Source: Heterodontus francisci (lineage: Eukaryota). Taken from it: 64,000 bases of DNA. The position numbers and the translations under genes were made by a program. How positions within the stretch are numbered: the stretch's first letter is position 1; each line of letters starts with the position of its first letter. The notes beneath the pieces are model-generated. The model was not told the origin of the DNA. It ran no database searches and saw only the letters and a program-made list of their open reading frames with translations. The stretch lies in the NCBI RefSeq assembly GCF_036365525.1, contig NC_090387.1, forward strand, positions 56,385,752-56,449,751, written 5' to 3'. Of the stretch, positions 1 to 13,253 are shown one piece after another.

Positions 1-1160
1 ATATTATATGTAACAGTTTACATTTTGATACTTTAAAACCAATTGGTCCTCATTTGTAGTTTGTTTAAATATAGTACTATGCATTTATATTCATAGCATT
101 ATTTGATTTTCACAGTCACTGATCAATGTGTGGAACTAATGGATAACAAATTAATACTTAAAGCCCAATGCAAAGCTGTAAAAAAGTGCAGTTCTATTTT
201 TATTTTTGAAATATGGCTTTTTAATAGAGGGTGCTAATAGTTCACTCGCCCTCCAGCTCAGAAACAGAAACACTGTACTCACACTTGCCATCCAGCGTAG
301 GGATACAGAATAGAGATGCAGCCAAATTACTCAGTCTTGAGTAACTGCATATAGAGACAGAACTCATTCCACCAAGACATGGTAGCATTGCCCTATCACT
401 TACTCCTACAGCACAGACATACACTGCACAATTATTCACTCATGCACCCTTTAGTGCAAGAATGCTGTGAGCAGTCAATTGCATACTTACACACACTTCA
501 GTGTATGGACACAGCATGCTGTCTATACTGTGTTTAGTTATCCTTTAGTGCAACCCCACATTGAGCAGTAGTGTACATTGTTTAAGAGTGCTTTAAGAAT
601 TCTAAACATTGTTTAAGAACGCCTTCAGTGCAATGGTAAGTCATTGGAAGCTAAGTTTGCTAGCCCCCGAAAAAGGGCGCAGGGATCGTGATGGGCAGTT
701 AATCCGTGCTCATTTGTTGTAATGCAGGTAGCACACCAACATCATGCTGCCGGCTGATTAACATGTTAGTAGTGTGCAGACACCGCTAACCATACTGTTG
801 AGTGGCTGCATGCCTCAGCAGTGGTCCCAAAATCTTGTGAAGCCAGCACCGCGTAAAGCTTGCTGGCACCTCTTAAAGCCAGCCTGCATCTCTTAAAGGG
901 GAGGTGGAATGTGGCTGGAGCAGGTGCTGGAAGTCTTTCGACAACTGATTCTGATCTGGGAAAGAGAAGAATGGTACAACATGGTATAGAGCAGGCTCCA
1001 AAGTTTCTGCACTGGAGGCCTTAATGGAAGAGCTGCCCTGTATCTACAAGATCTCTAGACACATGCTTAGAAGACAGTGGGAGGAGATGGCTGTCGAGAT
1101 CAAAGCCAGGAGTCAAGCCCCGAGGACCTGGATGCAGTGCTGCAGGAAGTTCAATTACCT

Positions 1161-1200
1161 CATAGGATATAGAATCATAGAATCGTTACAGCACAGAAGA
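1161..1200 (-). mobile_element. Tiny CR1 LINE 3'-tail fragment
   Basis: catagaatcatagaat-type repeat followed by tacagcacagaa, the same as CR1 3' ends at 12442, 25121 and 59438. Confidence 0.6.
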
Positions 1201-2312
1201 ACTCAAGAGGTGAGGTGAGAGTGACTGCCCTTGACATCAAGCCGAGTGTGGCATCAAGGAGCCCTAACAAAACTGAGGTCAATGGGAATCGGGGGAAAAC
1301 CCTCCGCTGGTTGGAGTCATACCTAGCGCAAAGGAAGATGGTTGTGGTTGTTGGAGGTCAATCATCTGAGCTCCAGGACATCACTGCAGGAGTTCCTCAG
1401 GGTAGTGTCCTCGGCCCAACCATCTTCAGCTGCTTCATCAATGGCCTTCCTTCAGTTATAAAGTCAGAAGTGGGGATGTTCGTTGATGATTGCACAATGT
1501 TCAGCACCATTCGTGACTCCTCAGATACTTAAGCAGACCGTGTAGAAATGCAGCAAGATTTGGACAATATCCAGGCTTGGGATAATAAGTGGCAAGTAAC
1601 ATTCGCGCCACACAAGTGCCAGGCAATGACCATCTCCAACAAGAGAGAATCTAACAATCTCCCCTTGACATTCAATGGCATTACCATCGCTGAATCCCCT
1701 ACTATCAACATCCTAGGGGCTACCATTGACCAGAAACTGAACTGGAGTAGCCATATAAATACTGTGGCTACAAGAGCAGGTCAGAGGCTAGGAATCCTGC
1801 GGCGAGTAACTCACCTTCTGACTCCCCAAAGCCTGTCCATCTACAAGACACAAGTCAGGAGTGTGATGGAATACTCTCCACTTGCCTGGATGGGTGCAGC
1901 TCCAACAACACTCAAGAAGCTCGACACCATCCTGGACAAAGCAGCCTGCTTGAATGGCAACCCATCTACAAACATTCACTCCCTCCACCACCGATGCACA
2001 GTGGCAGCAGTGTATACCATCTACAAGTTGCACTGCAGCAATGCACCAAGGCTTCTTAGACAGCACCTTCCAAACCCGCGACCTCTACCAACTAGAAGGA
2101 CAAGGGCAGCAGATGCATGGGAACACCACCATCTGCAAGTTCCCCTCCAAGTCACACACCATCCTGACTTGGAACTATATCGCCGTTCCTTCATTGTCGC
2201 TGGGTCAAAATCCTGGAACTCCCTTCCTAACAGCACTGTGGGTGTACCTACCCCACAAGGACTGCAGCAGTTCAAGAAGGCAGCTCACCACCACCTTCTC
2301 AAGGGCAAATAG
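1201..2312 (+). mobile_element. 5'-truncated CR1-group LINE (RT C-terminal part), same family as 13170-16178
   Basis: ORFs 1215-1532 and 1548-2312: [19 protein letters not shown] (FADD) RT motifs; 3' end caccaccttctcaagggcaa shared with 15835-15860 and 39075-39440. Confidence 0.92.
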
Positions 2313-3450
2313 ATTGTACAATATTGACATGCTTCCCTCTATCTTGCAGGACACGGTGGCATGCAACCAGATGCAGCGGGTCTTAACTGCAGTGGGACAG
2401 GCATACCTCCCATGGTGGAGACAGTGCTCAGCATTATTGGTACATACATTGTTGAGGCTGTGGCTAGCAGAGGTGCCGAACCAATCACAGATAATGGTAT
2501 CCTGACATCTAATCCTCCTCCTCACATCCCACCTCCACCTCATCCCACACTTACTTCTGATCTACAAGCTGCAGATGGTGTAAGTATGTACCTCTTCCTT
2601 CCCCCACCCAACCTCCCCACATCACAACCGTACCCTTGAGCCTTTCTCCTTTCAGATACTCAAAAAGTGTACCCTGGCCAGGCAATGGAGGATCAGCAGG
2701 AAGACAGCGTTGATGAAGACACACTGTCACTTGATTCCACACTAACAGCCACCAGCTCAGATACTGACGCTGTGTGTAATTTAGAAGAGAGCAAAGAGAC
2801 GCAATCTGGATGTAGAGAGACACCGGGCACGAGTGGCCTGCAGCCAGAGCAGGGGGAAAGGATAGTGCAGGTGCCATCTCGCTGGATGGCGAGGCAGCAC
2901 GTGAATTCTGCTGCAGAGGACTCAGATGAGCACTTCGATGGAGCAGTGTACAGAAGAACATTGATGGATATGCACAACGAAATGCCTGGTGCATTGGGAA
3001 GCCTGCCGCAAAGCATATAGTCAACGCCAAGGAGTCAAGGAGCATGGAAGGGTCTGGCACCAACTTGGCACAAGGCTTTGTGCAGAATTTGGAGCCCATC
3101 CTTACCAGCATGGAAATAGTGGCAACTTCATCACATTTGTGTACCCAACTGTGAGGCAGCGTTTGAGGCTAATATTTCAGTTTCCATTGCATTACAAGCT
3201 GCTCCACCCGAAGTCTGAGTGCTGCAGTGGAAGCTCAGACAGAAATCATGCAAGTTCAAGCTGCTGTGTTACATGCTGATCGACATCTTGATCTGCCTAC
3301 TCTGCATACTTCCAGTGGGCGTTCACTGCATGTGCTCTAGCGCCCTCACCAATATAGTATCCAGCACAACGCACACCTGGGATGCCATTTTGTACCTCCC
3401 ACAGCACATATAGTGCCAAAACAATGGCACTACCGAGCTGAATTTTGCAC

Positions 3451-3787
3451 CGCGCAATGGTTAGCACCGCAGCCTCACAGCTCCAGCGACCCGGGTTCAA
3501 TTCTGGGTACTGCCTGTGTGGAGTTTGCAAGTGTTCCCTGTGTCTGCATGGGTTTCCTCCGGGTGCTCCGGTTTCCTCCCACATTCCAAAGACTTGCAGG
3601 TTGATAGGTAAATTGGCTATTATAAATTGCCCCTAGTATAGGTAGGTGTTAGGGAAATATAGGGACAAGTGGGGATGCGGTAGGAATATGGAATTAGTGT
3701 AGGATTAGTATAAATGGGTGGTTGATGGTCGGCACAGACTCGGTGGGCCGAAGGGCCTGTTTCAGTGCTGTATCTCTAAACTAAAAA
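3451..3787 (+). mobile_element. HE1-type V-SINE
   Basis: tRNA-like head (tggttagc...ggttcaattc), V-core tgtgtggagtttgca...gggtttcctccgggtgctccggtttcctcccaca, CR1-like tail gggccgaagggcctgtttcagtgctgtatctctaaa. Confidence 0.92.
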
Positions 3788-3952
3788 CCGACTAACTCCA
3801 GAGCACAAGAGTGCTAAAACCAAGTGAGAGCCCTTGATGGAGGAAAATGGAGGGGAAAATGTCAAACTTTGATGGTCAAAAATTACATCACAATTTTTAC
3901 TAAAACATTGGATTAGTTTATTTTCCTGTGAGCAGAACACAATTGAGTTTTA

Positions 3953-4090
3953 CAAAAATCAAAATACATTAGAAGCTGGAAATCTGAAATAAAAACGGAA
4001 AATGCTGGAAGCACTCAGCAAGTCAGACAGCATCTGTGGAGAGAGGAAGGTGGTGTTAACATTTCAGGTTGATGACCTTTCCTGAAAGAT
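3953..4090 (-). mobile_element. Penelope-like element terminal fragment, degenerate
   Basis: Aligns by eye with 45586-45725 (gctggaaatctgaaa...aatgctggaa..actcagca...catctgtggagaga...gttaacatttcagg); ribozyme core decayed. Confidence 0.65.
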
Positions 4091-6420
4091 CTCTGATATT
4101 AGAAAATTAGTCTGTTACTCATTTGGCTTTGATTCAGTAAGCTGTATGTGTAGCTTGGACAAGCTCACCTATGTAGAGGCTTTGTTAACCAACATTTAAT
4201 AGAACTGGCAGTGCTTACCTATGTGCTTCTTCATTGCTTGTCTGCAAAGTGTGCAAGTACAAACAGCTTTAGCACAGTCTTTCACACAGAAACAAGCCTG
4301 AGGCTTTAACCATAGACATTCTCCATATGAAAATTGAGCTGCTTTGAACTTGAATTTCTCAGATAAATGTTCTGTATGCTTCCTGAAGGATCACCTGTAG
4401 GCTTTACTTTTCCAAACCTCTAATCCCTTTGATTAACTGCCAGGACAAATACATTATGTTAGCAAATTTAGGCCTGTAATTCTCAATTCCAAACTGAAAA
4501 AGAATTTCCTGCATCTCAGTAAGCAAATCCTTACAGTATTAATATTTAGTTAATAAAATTCATAGTTGGTATTGCTCAGCAGTTTGAGGAGCTAATTTCA
4601 CGTTCAGCCACATTTTCAAAATGAAGCTTTTCAGACTGAAACTTTTTAAAAATGTCACTTCAACTAGTCTGAGAAATCTCTTGTTGCTGATTATTAATCT
4701 GTTTTCTTTTAGAACGATCTTACGCAAATGTAATCAAAGTGGTTAACTCAGAGTAGAGGCCAGAACTTCTGCCCAAAATCCACATTATGTGATGGATGCT
4801 GTCAGTTTAGGTTGATTTATGAGGTGACAAACTGAGATTTAATTGGTCTTTTCCTGTGAAAGAGCACCCTAAGTACAAAATGTCCTAGCTGTCACATATC
4901 AGAGAACAGGCTTGAGGCCTCCTTGCCTGCTAGACCAGCTATGCACATGACAATCGCCAATGTTTTAAGCGGACAGTCATCATGTCATATCCGTGTGTCA
5001 GCTTATTATCATTTCACAAGAATTTTTTTTTATACTTGGGGTTGGAAGTTGTTGGCCAATTGAATCAGTTGTAAGATGAGACTGAAGGCTGCCAAAACCA
5101 ATCAGATCAGTTAAAGGGCAGGACTAGAGACTTAACATAATTAAATCAGCATACCCTTAATTGAGGTAATCCCTCCTAGTACCCTCCCCTCAACCCTGCC
5201 CCAGTTGCATATTTACCCCTGGATGCCCATGCTGATTTAGACAGGGACAAATAGTGAGCTTCTCCTATCTGATGAATATTGAATGAACTGCTGGTTAAGA
5301 TTACTGTATGTAAACTTGCAAAAGGTTTCAATTTACGAAATAGCATTTTTGTATTGGGGTTGGATTCTCAATAAAAGGAGTGTTGTATAATTACTTTAAA
5401 GTCCCTTCAAATACTTTTATTTTTAATTTTATGTAAAATAACTATTCCAGAATAAGTAATTTTTGGCTGCAAAGACAGAATTACAGTAGGCTCAGAAATA
5501 CAAGAAAATGCACCAAATCGTGTAATATATGAAAACAATGTTGGGAAAGGGGTATGCCCCCAGACCTCACTAGAAAATACATCTCATGCTTTCAATGTTC
5601 ATAGCTCCCTTAACAATTTATAACTTATTTTCTCCAGCAACAAAGTGAGAGAATGTAGGAATACCTTGTATTTTAAATTACTATGATCCTGTGTTCTATT
5701 GCACTTTCAGAATAACTCCCTAGACTTGCTTTTCTTCTCCTTCATGATTGCCATCAGCAATGTGACTTCTGCCCTGTTGATCCATGGCTGAGTTCAGCAC
5801 AATTTCCACCCATGCTCAGGAATCCACCAATGTGGGTGACGGCAGGAAAAGGTTGCTGCAGCAGCTTAAAGGCACAGGCAGCCTACAAGAAGAAAATAAA
5901 ATTGCAGCTCCTAATCAAGTGTACAAAAGCCAAAAAAAAAACTGATCTGCTGGCTGTTTTCCTCCTTTAGTTGAAAATCCTGCATAAGCTGTTTACACAT
6001 TTGCCAATGTTGCAATTCTCCTAACACTGGAGCCAGTTTTGATCCAGTGCTCTGAGCATGCAGTGTTGCTCAGATGAAACTGATGGAGTAATGCTATATG
6101 GGGAATGTGCCCTATAACATCACTCCAACATTATCACCTCATTTAAATGTACCCACCATCTTAGGACAGGTACTTTTGCCATCTGCTTTTAGATTTACAG
6201 GTTTCATGAGAGCGCTCTTGTGTGCTTCATGTGGATGAAATAGAACAGCAGGCTTCATTCTTTCCACCTCTATGCAAGGGAAAATGAACAAAACAAGGCC
6301 AGATTGTCTTCTTACATCAATTTTGCACCATTCTGTAGTTTATATGTGACAACATTTCATACAAATCTGAAGTTGCAGTTCAGTTCAAAATGATCAGGGG
6401 ACAATTTAAATTGCTTCTGT

Positions 6421-6745
6421 TTATTATTTATTTTTTTATTTCGAGATACAGCACTGAAACAGGCCCTTTGGCCCACCGAGTCCGTGCCGACCAAGAACCA
6501 CCCATTACTAACCCGACAGTAATCCCCTATTCCCTACCACCTACCTACACTGGGGCGATTTATAATGGCCAATTTACCTATCACCTGCAAGTCTTTGGCA
6601 GTGGGAGGAAACCGGAGCACCCGGCGAAAACCCACGCGGTCACAGGGAGAACTTGCAAACTCCGCACAGGCAGTACCCAGAATTGAAGCAGGGTCCCTGG
6701 AGCTGTGAGGCTGCGGTGCTAACCACTGCGCCACTGTGCCGCCCC
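6421..6745 (-). mobile_element. HE1-type V-SINE
   Basis: Reverse complement of the 34924-35280 copy; ends ccactgtgccgcccc. Confidence 0.92.
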
Positions 6746-7204
6746 GGATTATAAAATCCTGTCTTATGGATTTAATATTTTTTTCTGACAATTACTACCA
6801 GGCTATTGTTAGAAACAATGACTTTTCAGCTACTATTAAATAACTGAAGGATCTTTGCTGGGCCATGTGCTCCGCATACATTGGAATGCCCACATGGTTA
6901 AAGCTTCCTTTGACATCTGCTCACAAGAGCACCATTTATTGGCCTCTTTGAGCACCACATGAATTCAACTGCAATGGCATTTGTTGCTGGTCAAGTTTGA
7001 AAGCAGTAAAGGCAGCTGAAATCTTTACTTTTAACAGGCTATGAATTAGTAGTTTATGGTAGAGTATCTAACGAACACAAGTATGTGCAGTCACTTCTTC
7101 CAACTTTACGTTCTGGCTGAAAATTCGATTTTTGTCTGTCACCTTGCAATACATCTTTAAATGGTTGAATTATACTTTTATACTCAAAAACAATAACAGC
7201 AAAT

Positions 7205-7796
7205 TATATTGATATAGTACCTTTAATATTTAAGAAAAAAATATCCCAAAGTGCTTCAGAAAAGTGAAACAGAAACACTGAACAGTGAAAGGAGAAGAGT
7301 TGGGAGAGCTGACTGAATGCATGGTCAAAAAGATAAGTCTGAGGAGACTGAAGAGGGGAGAGAGATAACAAGGTGGAGAGGTTTAGGGAGATTGTTGTAG
7401 TGTATGGGGCAGGAAAGCTGAAGGTTCTGTGCCTAAAGGTGAAGCAAAGGGAATATACAAAGGAACTGAAGTTAGGAGAACACAGGACAGTGCTTGCACA
7501 TTGGGCTGATGGAGACTGCAGTGCATAGGGTAAAGGTGGGTTTACTGAGGGCCATGTGGATGAGAACAAGAATTTTGAATGCGATGTGCTGGAAATAAAG
7601 AGTCAGTGGATATTGGAATGGATGGAGGTGGTAGGAGAGCAGGACAATATGGAATAGGATACAAGTAGTGGAATTTTAGACAAATTGTAGTTTATGCAGG
7701 GGGAGAACTGGAAGGCTGATGAGATTGTTGGAGTAGTGGAGCCTGGAGGTGAATGGAATTTAGGGGCAAGGTTGAAGAGCTGGGAGGACAAGAAGC
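7205..7796 (-). mobile_element. Old L2 LINE 3' fragment
   Basis: atcccaaagtgcttc tail motif, purine-rich + strand, FSFPAP..LQTYLFDHAF-like translation; resembles 38031-38640. Confidence 0.7.
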
Positions 7797-9846
7797 TCTT
7801 TCTTTGGCCTCCTTATCTCGAGAGACAATGGGTAAGCGCCTGGAGGTGGTCAGTGGTGTGTGGAGCAGCGCCTGGAGTGGCTATAAAGGCCAATTCTAGA
7901 GTGACAGGCTCTTCCACAGGTGCTGCAGAAAAATTTGATTGTCGGGGCTGTAACACAGTTGGCTCTTCCCTCGCGCCTCTGTCTTTTTTCCTGCCAACTG
8001 CTAAGTCTCTTCAACTCGCCACACTTTAGCCCCGCCTTTATGGCTGTCCGCCAGCTCTGGCGAACGCTGGCAACTGACTCCCACAATTTGTGATCAATGT
8101 CACAGGATTTCATGTTGCGCTTGCAGACGTCTTTAAAGCGGAGACATGGACGGCCGATGGGTCTGATTCCAGTGGCGAGCTCGCTGTACAATGTGTCTTT
8201 AGGGATCCTGCCATCTTCCATGCGGCTCACATGACCAAGCCATCTCAAGCGCCGCTGACTCAGTAGTGTGTATAAGCTGGGGATGTTGGCCGCTTCGAGG
8301 ACTTCTGTGTTGGAGATACGGTCCTGCCACCGGATGCCAAGGATTCTCCGGAGGCAGCGAAGATGGAATGAATTGAGACATACGTTGTCCAGGCCTCGTT
8401 GCCATAGAGCAAGGTACTGAGGACACAGGCTTGATACACTCGGACTTTTGTGTTCCGTGTCAGTGCGCCATTTTCCCACACTCTCTTGGCCAGTCTGGAC
8501 ATAGCAGCGGACGCCTTTCCCATGCGCTTGTTGATTTCTGCATCTAGAGACAGGTTACTGGTGATAGTTGAGCCTAGGTAGGTGAACTCTTGAACCACTT
8601 CCAGAGCGTGGTCGCCAGTATTGATGGATGGAGCATTTCTGACGTCCTGCCCCATGATGTTCATTTTCTTGAGGCTGATGGTTAGGCCAAATTCATTGCA
8701 GGCAGCCGCAAACCTGTCGATGAGACTCTGCAGGCACTCTTCAGTGTGAGATGTTAAAGCAGCATCGTCAGCAAAGAGGAGTTCCCTGATGAGGACTTTC
8801 CATACTTTGGACTTCGCTCTTAGACGGGCAAGGTTGAACAACCTGCCCCCTGATCTTGTGTGGAGGAAAATTCCTTCTTCCGAGGACTTGAACGCATGTG
8901 AAAGCAGTAGGGAGAAGAAAATCCCAAAAAGTGTGGGTGCGAGAACACAGCCCTGTTTCACGCCACTCAGGATAGGAAAGGGGTCTGATGAGGAGCCACC
9001 ATGTTGAATTGTGCCTTTCATATTGTCATGGAATGAGGTGATGATACTTAGTAGCTTTGGTGGGCATCCAATCTTTTCTAGTAGTCTGAAGAGACCACGT
9101 CTGCTGACGAGGTCAAAGGCTTTGGTGAGATCAATGAAAGCAATGTAGAGGGGCATCTGTTGTTCGCGGCATTTCTCCTGTATCTGACGAAGGGAGAACA
9201 GCATGTCAACGGTCGATCTCTCTGCACGAAAGCCACACTGTGCCTCAGGGTAGACGCGCTCGGCCAGCTTCTGGAGCCTGTTTAGAGCGACTCGAGCAAA
9301 GACTTTCCCCACTATGCTGAGCAGGGAGATTCCACGGTAGTTGTTGCAGTCACCGCGGTCACCTTTGTTTTTATAGAGGGTGATGATATTGGCATCGCGC
9401 ATGTCCTGAGGTACTGCTCCCTTGTCCCAGCACAGGCATAGCAGTTCATGTACTGCTGAGAGTACAGCAGGCTTGGCACTCTTGATTATTTCAGAGGTAA
9501 TGCTGTCCTTCCCAGGGGCTTTTCCGCTGGCTAGAGAATCAATGGCATCACTGAGTTCCGAATTGGTTGGCTGTATGTCCAGCTCATCCATGACTGGTAG
9601 AGGCTGGGCTGCATTGAGGGCAGTCTCAGTGACAACATTCTCCCTTGAGTACAGTTCTAGATAGTGCTCAACCCAGCGGTCCATTTGTTTGCGTTGGTCA
9701 GTGATTATGTCCCCCGATTTAGATTTGAGGGGGGCGATCTTCTTGATGGTTGGCCCAAGAGCTCTCTTAATGCCATCATACATTCCTCTGATGTTTCCGG
9801 TGTCTGAGGCCTGCTGAATATGACTGCATAGGTGTTGCCAGTAGTC
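7797..9846 (-). mobile_element. 5'-truncated RTE-clade LINE (RT plus C-terminal Cys/His motif), relatively young
   Basis: ORF 8260-10005: NYRGISLLS, QCGFR, FIDLTKAFD, GVKQGCVLAP, LLFADD; one frameshift near 8375; C-terminus CSTCGRACHSRIGLYSHSRRC; flanked by 46-bp direct repeat 7751-7796 / 9847-9892. Confidence 0.95.
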
Positions 9847-9892
9847 GAATGGAATTTCGGGGCAAAGTTGAAGCGCTGGGAGGACAAGAAGC

Positions 9893-11530
9893 AATCCAGA
9901 GTAAAAATAATTAATTGAAGGAGGGCCAGTTTCAGTGGGGTCAGAATGGATCTGGTCGAGGTAAATTGGAATCAAAGATTGGCAGGCAAAACTATAACAG
10001 AACAATGTGAAGCCTTTAAAGAGATGTTTAGGTACAGTCTAGGTACATTCCCATGATGGGAAAGGTAGGACAAACAAAGGCATAGCTTCCTGGATGATAA
10101 AAGAGATAGCGAGTAAGATGAAACAGAAAAAGGGTGCGTGTGATAGATGTCAGGTTGATATTACAAGTGAGAACCAGGATGAATATAGAAAGTTCAAAGA
10201 GGAAGTGAAAAAAGAAATAAGAGCAACAAAGAGAGAGTATGAGAAGAGACTGGCAACTAACAAAAAGAGAATCCAAAAGTCTTCTGTAGGCATAAATAGT
10301 AAAAGGAAGCAAAAGGAGGGGTGGGGCCATTTAGGGACTGGATGGAGGCAGAGGGCATGGCTGAGGTACTAAATGAGCACTTTGTATCTGTCTTGACAAA
10401 GGAAAAATCTGCCAAAATCATAGTGAAAGGGGAGGTAGTTGAGACACTGGATGGGTTAAAAATTGATAAAGAGGAGGTATTTGATAGGCTGGCTCTCCTC
10501 AAAGTTGCTTAGTCACCAGGGCTGGATGAGATGCATTTGAGGATACTGAGGGAAGTAAGGGTGGAAATTGCAGAAGCACTGGCTATAATCTTCCAATCCT
10601 CCTTAGTTACAGGGGTGGTACCAGAGGACTGGAGATTTTTCCAAAAAATTTCACCATTTGCAGATGACATAAAACATGGAAGTGCTGTAAATTATGAGGA
10701 GGATAGTGATAGAGTCCAAGAGGACATAGACAGGCTGGTGGAATTGTGCAGACACATGGCAGATGAAAGTTAATGCAGAGAAATGTGAAGTGATACAATT
10801 TGGTAGGAAGAATGAGAAGAGGCAATGCAAAATAATGGGTGCAATTCTAAAAAGGGCGCAGGAGCAGAGGGACCTGGGGGTATATGTGCACAACTCATTG
10901 AAGGTGGCAGGGCAGTTTGAGAAAGCGGTTAATAAGGCATGCGGGAATATGAGCTTTGTAAATGGAAGCATAGAGTACAAAGGCAAGTAAGTTATGGTGA
11001 ACCTTTATATAACAAAGGTTCGACCTCAACTGGAGTATTGTGCCAATTCTGGGCACCGCACATTAGGAAGGATTAAAGAGGATGCAGAAAAGATTTATGA
11101 GAATGGTTCCATGGATAAGGGACTTCAGTTAGATTGGAGAAACTGGGATTGTTCTCCTTTGAGTAGAGAAGGTTGAGAAGAGATTTGATAGAGGTCATGA
11201 GGGGTCTGGACAGAGTAGATAGAAACTTCCCATTGGCAGAAAGGTCAAAAACCAGAAGTCACTTATTTAAGGTGAATGGCAAAAAAACCAAAGGCAACAT
11301 GAGAAAAAACTTTAAGCCGCTGGTGGTTAGTATCTGGAATGCACTGGTGGAGGCAGATTCAATCATGGCTTTGAAAATGGAATTGGATAATTAACTGAAG
11401 AAAAAAAATTGCAGGGCTATTGGGAAAAGGTGGGGGAGTGGGACTAGCTGAGTTGTTCTTGCAGTGAGCTGGCATGGACATGAAGGGCCAAATGGCCTCC
11501 TTCTGTGCTGTAACAATTCTATGACTCTCT
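9893..11530 (+). mobile_element. CR1 LINE ORF2 fragment with internal deletion near 10640, to 3' end
   Basis: AEVLNEHFVSV, ALAIIFQSSL..GVVPEDWR fused directly to FADD, RPQLEYC, tail ggcctccttctgtgctgtaacaattctatgact. Confidence 0.9.
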
Positions 11531-12441
11531 GATTGTATTGTGGGAAATCAAAGGATGGCTTCAGTCTTCAGATGTTAAGCTGAGTAAAGTTTTTGTTCCT
11601 CAATAACTAAAGACGAACTTGGCCACGGTTTCCAGTTAAGCTATGACTTTAAGTATGAGCAGTGCTACTGTTGACAATCATTAGGCAGTAGATTATTTTT
11701 ACATTAACAGTACATTTAAAATTTTATTTCATTACTGTGAACCTTTGCTACAACTACTGGCAAGGTTTTGCAAGAGGGCTCGACTAGTTGGCTAGAGAAT
11801 GGGCTTGCAAAGTTGCTGATCCTTTCCATCAACTGATCTTAAACCATGTTAATCTGTTATCACTATCGATCATTTCAGCATTTATTTTTCCCTGTCCAAT
11901 TTTCTGTTGTCCTGACATCAAATTTTGACTCCATAGGTTCCAATGTCAAGTGGCAATTCTTCTCGTTTGAGCTTAAAAGGTGGTCTTAACAAGCTATTTG
12001 ATCATGGAGCCTGCTAGTAAAATCTGTTCTTGTTCTCACCTAACTTCCAAAACTTTCCAAGAGGAATTACTGAAAAGCAATTAGAAGCAGAAACTCTAAT
12101 TAACTTTTTCCCCTTTTTTCGCCTAAGGACCCTGAGGTGCCCTACTGCCAATCTGCCTGAAGTTACTCAGCCCAATTCAGGAATAGATCCTGTAGCCATC
12201 TTAAACTGTATGACTTAGTCACACATTCATTTTACCAATTGAGCTATCAGGAGAACTTCTTACTGCAGTTATGATCAGTGGTTTAGACTTCCCATTGACT
12301 TTCTTCAGGTCCAAACTCAGAAAAGACAAGATTTGGAGCAGTGTGATTTTTAAGCACTGTCATCAAATTAAAGAACCAGTGCTAGTTGACACATCCAGGA
12401 AACAAGAGAAAGCGGAGGCTGATGCTTAAGATACTGCAGAC

Positions 12442-13118
12442 TTAGAATCATAGAATCTTACAGCAAAGGCGGTCATTTGGCAGGTCAAGCATGTGCTGGC
12501 TCTCTGAAAGAGCTGTCCAATTTAGTCCCACAACCCAGCTTTTTTCTCCATCACCTTACAAATTATTCCTCTTAAAGTACAATACTTGCCTTCTGAAAGT
12601 TCCTATGGAATCTGCTTCCATTACACTTTCAGATAGTGTGTTCCAGATTTCAACAGTTATCTCTGTGAAAAAATTTATCCTCATTCCCCTCCCATTCGTT
12701 TGCTAATTATTTTAAAACTAAAACCTCTGGTTACATGACCCACTTATGAGAGGAAACAGTTTCTCCTTATCTACTTCAGCAAAACCCCTAATTATTTTCA
12801 ATACATCTATTAGGTCTCCCCTTAATCCCATGTGCTTCTATTTTCCAAATAAGTCTATTATGTGGTACTTTATCAAGTGCCTGTTGAAATTCCATATTTA
12901 CAACATCTGCTGCACTAACTTCATCAGCTCTCTCTGTTAACTCATCAAATAGCTTAATCAAGTTAGTCAGACCTAATTTGCCTTTAGAAAATTCTTGAAA
13001 GAAATGTTTCTCCAAATGCAAATTTATTTTGTCCTTGACAATAGTCTGTAGTAGGTTTCCCACCACTAAACTGCCTGGCCTGTAGTTACCTCTTTTTTGA
13101 ATAGGGGTGCAACATTGC
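12442..13118 (-). mobile_element. CR1 LINE fragments (3' end joined to RT domain piece)
   Basis: tagaatcatagaat tail; ORF 12788-13186 NYRP..LTNLIKLFDE..FQQALDKVPHNRL. Confidence 0.85.
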
Positions 13119-13253
13119 CTGAAGCAGATGATGTGTTGCAAAAGTAAAAAGTGTTTTTTACTTCGGCAATAGGAATTCAAATTCAATTAATTAAATAAAC
13201 CTGGAATAAAAAACTAGTCTCAGTAATAATGACCATGAAATTAACGGATTGTT

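Larger units (their letters stand above)
971..3270 (+). pseudogene. Three-exon Harbinger Myb/SANT-like DNA-binding protein gene, frameshifted
   Basis: Exon 1 from ATG 971 (APKF...LEALMEE...RRQWEEMAVEIKARSQAPRTWMQCCRKFNYL, trihelix-type W..C..KF motif); exon 2 2350-2496 (ttgcag|GAC...ATG|gtatcc); exon 3 from 2656 (ctttctcctttcag|ATA), acidic then LMDMHNEMPGALGSLPQSI. Confidence 0.7.
645..3450 (+). mobile_element. Decayed PIF/Harbinger DNA transposon remnant carrying the Myb/SANT-like accessory gene; interrupted by LINE fragments
   Basis: Myb/SANT-like peptide at 1024-1160; downstream exons similar to the accessory gene of the Harbinger at 47-50 kb; TIR-like end gaattttgcac at ~3440-3450; left boundary approximate. 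Confidence 0.65.

Noticed and set aside
8260-10005. 581-aa ORF as a host gene
   Set aside because: It is RTE reverse transcriptase; the first ~50 codons are read-through from flanking repeats and the C-terminus is frameshifted
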